Both the position numbers and the translations under genes were made by a program. Below the pieces are notes generated by a model that was not told the origin of the DNA, ran no database searches, and worked only from the letters and a program-made list of their open reading frames with translations. Source: Bugula neritina (Eukaryota > Animalia > Bryozoa). From it: a stretch of DNA of 64,000 nt. Positions 59,606 through 64,000 of the stretch are shown here, in pieces (positions within the stretch are counted from its first letter, which is position 1; each line of letters begins with the position of its first letter). The stretch is from the NCBI GenBank assembly GCA_964035545.1, contig OZ037765.1, positions 32,921,504-32,985,503 of the forward strand, read 5' to 3'.

Positions 59606-62600
59606 CACAGAGAGAAATATTAGTGCAGCACTTGCACTAAAGTTGTTCAAAGAGCCTTTTATTGTCGGTATAGCCTGCACCACACCTCTAATAGTTGTTA
59701 GACCTGCACTTATTTTGGTGAAATTGAAAATTAATCCGATTAGTGTAAGCTGAAAAATATTTTGTAGTAGCTCTGAAACCACTTAGTTGTTAAGTCAACG
59801 CTACTTTTCACAAGTATTACGTAACCATCATCTCTAGGTCTGAATGAAGCTAAACAGTAGTTGATAGGAGCAGAAAGTGAGATCAATGCTACAACTACAT
59901 ATGTTCAAGCAAAATTTTATTTACATAAGAATTATGGAACAATCAGCAGTTGTTCAACTAACAACATTATTCGTTCACATGTGCACTAATGATGATCACA
60001 AACCTTTATAGGAAGATAGGATAGAGTTGAACCCTACATTTGGGTCATTTCAATTGGTGCTTCCCAGTTAGATGCTATTTATACATTTTAGGTGCAATTT
60101 ATTTGAATACTATTGAAATATGTGTGTATTTAAATAAATTTGAGTCAATTGCTTTTTATAATTGGCACACAAATAAATTTCTTTGCTCTGCATAAACCTA
60201 TTAATTTTGCATTTTCCATATTTTTTGTTTTTTGAAAAAATGTTATTATTAATGCATTTAATGCTTTTTTTCAACACAAATTTGGGAAAATTTAAATATT
60301 ATTGCAAATATATCATATTAATGGTTATTTTATGTTTAGCAATTGATATGAAAGTTATATAAGGGTATATAGGTAAATAATACTTAGTACCAAAACAAAA
60401 AATACAACCTAACTGGGGAGCATATAAGTGGAATGAAACTCCTTCAACCTACTAGCTGTTTATGATTTCGAAATTTTTTTGAACCCAAGACATTTTCAAA
60501 TAGTTTGTTACCAGACTACTATTAAACATTGCCCCACTCCGTTTATCAAAGACTTAAAGGTTGAATTTATCAACAAAAAAATCAACTGCACATATCTCTT
60601 GCATGGGTAGTTTAGGCTTCACTAGTCAATTTCATTCATGGAAAGGAAAGCCAACTAAATTAAAATGTGTGTAAAAGAGAGATCAAGGAGATGCACCATT
60701 AAACTCCAATGTGCTCAGTTATCAGCAAATTTGTTTCAAACAAGAAGCTTAAAATTAACAATGAAACAAGCTACTGAATAGTCAATTGTGGATCAGGTGA
60801 ACCACTTCAAAAGCCTTGTGTAAACTTGTGTAAACTACCTAGTGGAACAAAAGAAGATGTTGCATAACAGAGCTATAGTAAGGAAATATTTAAATTGTAA
60901 TTCAAAGGCAAGAAACTGGCTTACTAAGCATTGAAAGAGCAAAACAAAGGTTATTACATAACAGCACATAGTTTTCATTCACAGCTATTGACAGAAGAAA
61001 TATTCTGCCGGCATAGTGAACACCAGAGGCTCAGACTAAGAGGTTGTGCTTTGAGATTCAGTGAATTTGTGCTTCCAAACAACCTCACAACATGGAAAAC
61101 ATTGATTCAGTTTGCAGTTACCTCTCAGAGATAGAAGATGATCACTTTCTTTCAGAGTTAGGAACTGAAGTTGTCATTGCAGCAAAGGGTAAGTTCAATC
61201 ATTTGCTTAACGTTGTCATTTTATATCACAATGACAGTATGACTATTGCTGTAGACAGATAATTGAATTTGTGCAACTATAACTTTTAAGAGACCACATT
61301 GACTGATATTTCCCAAACTACTCTATTCCTATATCAATTTGATACGAGTTTTCCTGTAACAATCTATTTTCAAAAAATTTAGCGTTTTATTTCCACTTCA
61401 CCTTCTAGCAATTTGTGCTAAATTCATTAATTTGAATTCCCCCCCCCATTGTAGAAGTATTGTTAATAATGCAGTTTAGCAGCCTACAAGTAGTTATTAC
61501 TATTAGCCTTAAGCAGCTGCCAAGCTAGCTTCTTGTTTTATAGCTAAGTACCAAAATGCCAATATTAGTGGTGAGTTGGCAAAGTTGGCAAAATTTTTTA
61601 TTAACTTCTGTGCTACCAGTTTATTCTTTTATTTATCTTTGCACAGCACAATTAAATATAAAAACATGTTCAGGTAGCAATATTTTTCTTGGTAGTACTT
61701 TATTTGTTTTTCAATTTATAGACATACTGAAACTTATCAATATCTGTTATCTCGATATGAGGGGTCCATATAAAATGCTGACTCCAGCTTAAATTGTGGT
61801 TCACTGACATTTTAAGATAATTTTAATGCAGAGAAGCTTCTATTAACTAAACTAATTATGCCCAACAGCTCTTGCATTTGTAATTAAGAAAGAAGTAAAA
61901 TAAAATGATGGCCAAAACTGTTACTAAATTTTGATAAGCTCAAACTAACCCAAATACTACGCAACATAATGATCATAAGTTTGCCAAAGCCTGTATGGTT
62001 ATTCAGAATCAAACGATTGGTACGATGGTGCTGAAAATATGCCGAAAGATTCATAGCTAACATCATTGATACTATTAGTTTTGGCCTTAGACTTCAGCTT
62101 CTTCAAAGTTGAACTTAATTTATTTACGCTGCTTGTGATTGTATATCTTAACCAAATGTTTACTGTTCATACTAATACAGTTTAAATATTACCCAACTTT
62201 TATCTTTTGTTGTAGATCCCATAACATTTTTTAAGAACATGCACTCAAAGATGCTGAATAGGAGCACAAAAAAGAATTTGACCGCTAAAAAACTTTGAAT
62301 CATGCTGAGCCCTTCAGCCTGCAAGCAGGCGCACTCACCACTACGTTACAAGCTCACTGGGTGCTCTCGACACTACACCTTACCCACTTTTCAAGAACTC
62401 AGCTGCCTTTTTTATACTACTCCTTCAAGCTTCCCTGACCGCTCAACTCCTCTCGGAGTACTACCACACTTTACTAACCACTGGAATTAGTTATAAAACT
62501 TCCCCCTCCCCCCCCTCCCGTACTTGGGTTACTATCACAGACCTCGGACTTGCACACAGGTGTGCTAACCATCACACACCACAACTGCTTGGTTATCGCT

Positions 62601-63276
62601 ACGCTACAGAGCAAGAATGTAATGACACACACTATGGTCTTAGCAGGTTCTGCTAATATTGAGAAAAGTTAACTAAATTTACAGTCGTAGAAAAATTCTG
62701 CAAATGTTTATTTTCATGTTTTTTTTCTTATTTTAATCTTTAGAAGTTATTTTTTTTGCATTTCTTATATTCAACTATCATATACAATAAAATCCACATT
62801 ACTATACTCTCATACTGGTTAGAAGTTATGACAAGTTAATTCAGAGTGATCAGTAATAATTTTTGCAGAAGCTTATTTCCAACAAAAATTAGAGCAGCAT
62901 GGAACATTTATAAGTTCAGCTTTGAATATAACTTAGTTCAGCATTGAGCATATCTAAGATCATCATTGAACAGAAATAAGATCATCATTGAACATATACA
63001 ATATCACTATTGAGCATAAATAAGATCACCATTGAAAATATATAAGCTCACCATTGAACATATATAAGATCACGATTGAACATAACTTGGCTCATTGTGA
63101 TAAATACAAAGAATCAACTTCACAACTCTTTATATCAACATTGATCTAACATACTATTCACTGTGAACAGTACCTGACACTAATTTCTGTTCACTGCTGG
63201 TCAATTTAGGAGCCAAAAAACGAGCTGTTTTAGTTGTCAGCTAATGTTCACTCTAACACTAATATTTCTCTCTGTG
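59606..63276 (-). mobile_element. Non-autonomous EnSpm/CACTA-like DNA transposon, copy 2 (inverted)
   Basis: Same 20-bp TIR; 2-bp TSD TA; colinear reverse complement of 20180-23782. Confidence 0.87.
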
Positions 63277-64000
63277 TAAATATCTTCGACTTATAGATTA
63301 CATTTTTATGTGCTATAAAAATTTAACTCGTTTGTTACGGCATTTCTCCATGCATAAAAGCAAAACTTACGGCAAGAAATCCTTAGCTAGAAAAATAAAT
63401 AATAATTTACTTTAATTACATCAAAAGCTAATATCAGCAAGCATTCTATAAATAATGGAAATTTACCTAGTGTAATTTTTCTTAAACTAGCTAAGCTTGC
63501 TTGGTACTTTAATAAGTTTATTGGCATAGTGTATTATGTTATACTTATATATTTTAAGACTTTAAGGAAAATGATGTTTTAGCTGCGTTATTCCTAATGC
63601 AAGCCTTATAAATTTACAATATATACTAAAATATTATATTTGTAATTAGAAAGAAAACAAATTACTTTCATAAACTTATAATTATTGCATTCTGTTATTG
63701 TTAATGCTAGAATAACAAATTGAACACGGCATATGCTTCCCTAACCAGATGCTTTTAAACGGATTAAAAATAATTTGTCAATTTCTAATTATGAAGAACA
63801 AACTCCTCGGTAGTTTCTACATTTGCGCATGATTTTATCAAGATAGGCTTGCTTTTGTGTCAACCTGTAGCCAGTGCAACTATACTTTATGTAACGAGTA
63901 AAACAGACTTATTTCAAAGTACACAGTCTAAAGGGTAGGAATTACTACAAAGAAAAGTGCCGGTTAAAAGTTAATTATAATTGGAAATAAGGTGAAATAT

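Noticed and set aside
59606-63276. Assembly artefact (false inverted duplication)
   Set aside because: Copies differ by substitutions and indels and have distinct TSDs

Overview
AT-rich, intron-containing metazoan (invertebrate-like) genomic DNA; no prokaryotic features. The main host locus (+ strand, 242-19071, 5' end upstream of the window) splices into an LRR-ROC-COR (ROCO, MFHAS1-like) protein fused at its C-terminus to a complete caspase p20/p10 domain. Its LRR region is built from at least six near-identical, phase-2/phase-2 138-141-nt two-LRR cassette exons. The cassettes vary mostly at predicted solvent-exposed LRR positions, show mosaic (recombinant) sequence patterns, and include one degenerate and one stop-containing copy. 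This looks like a diversifying single-chain sensor-switch-protease immune/death receptor; a young pseudogene cannot be excluded. The rest of the window holds a partial atypical Ras-family GTPase gene (- strand) and many transposons: two related Ty3/Gypsy LTR elements with a spliced, env-position zinc-finger/coiled-coil ORF3; one intact Gypsy with identical LTRs; a decayed R4/Dong-like LINE; two inverted 3.6-kb EnSpm/CACTA-like elements about 36 kb apart; MITEs, SINEs and satellites. All coordinates were read by eye; no database searches were run.
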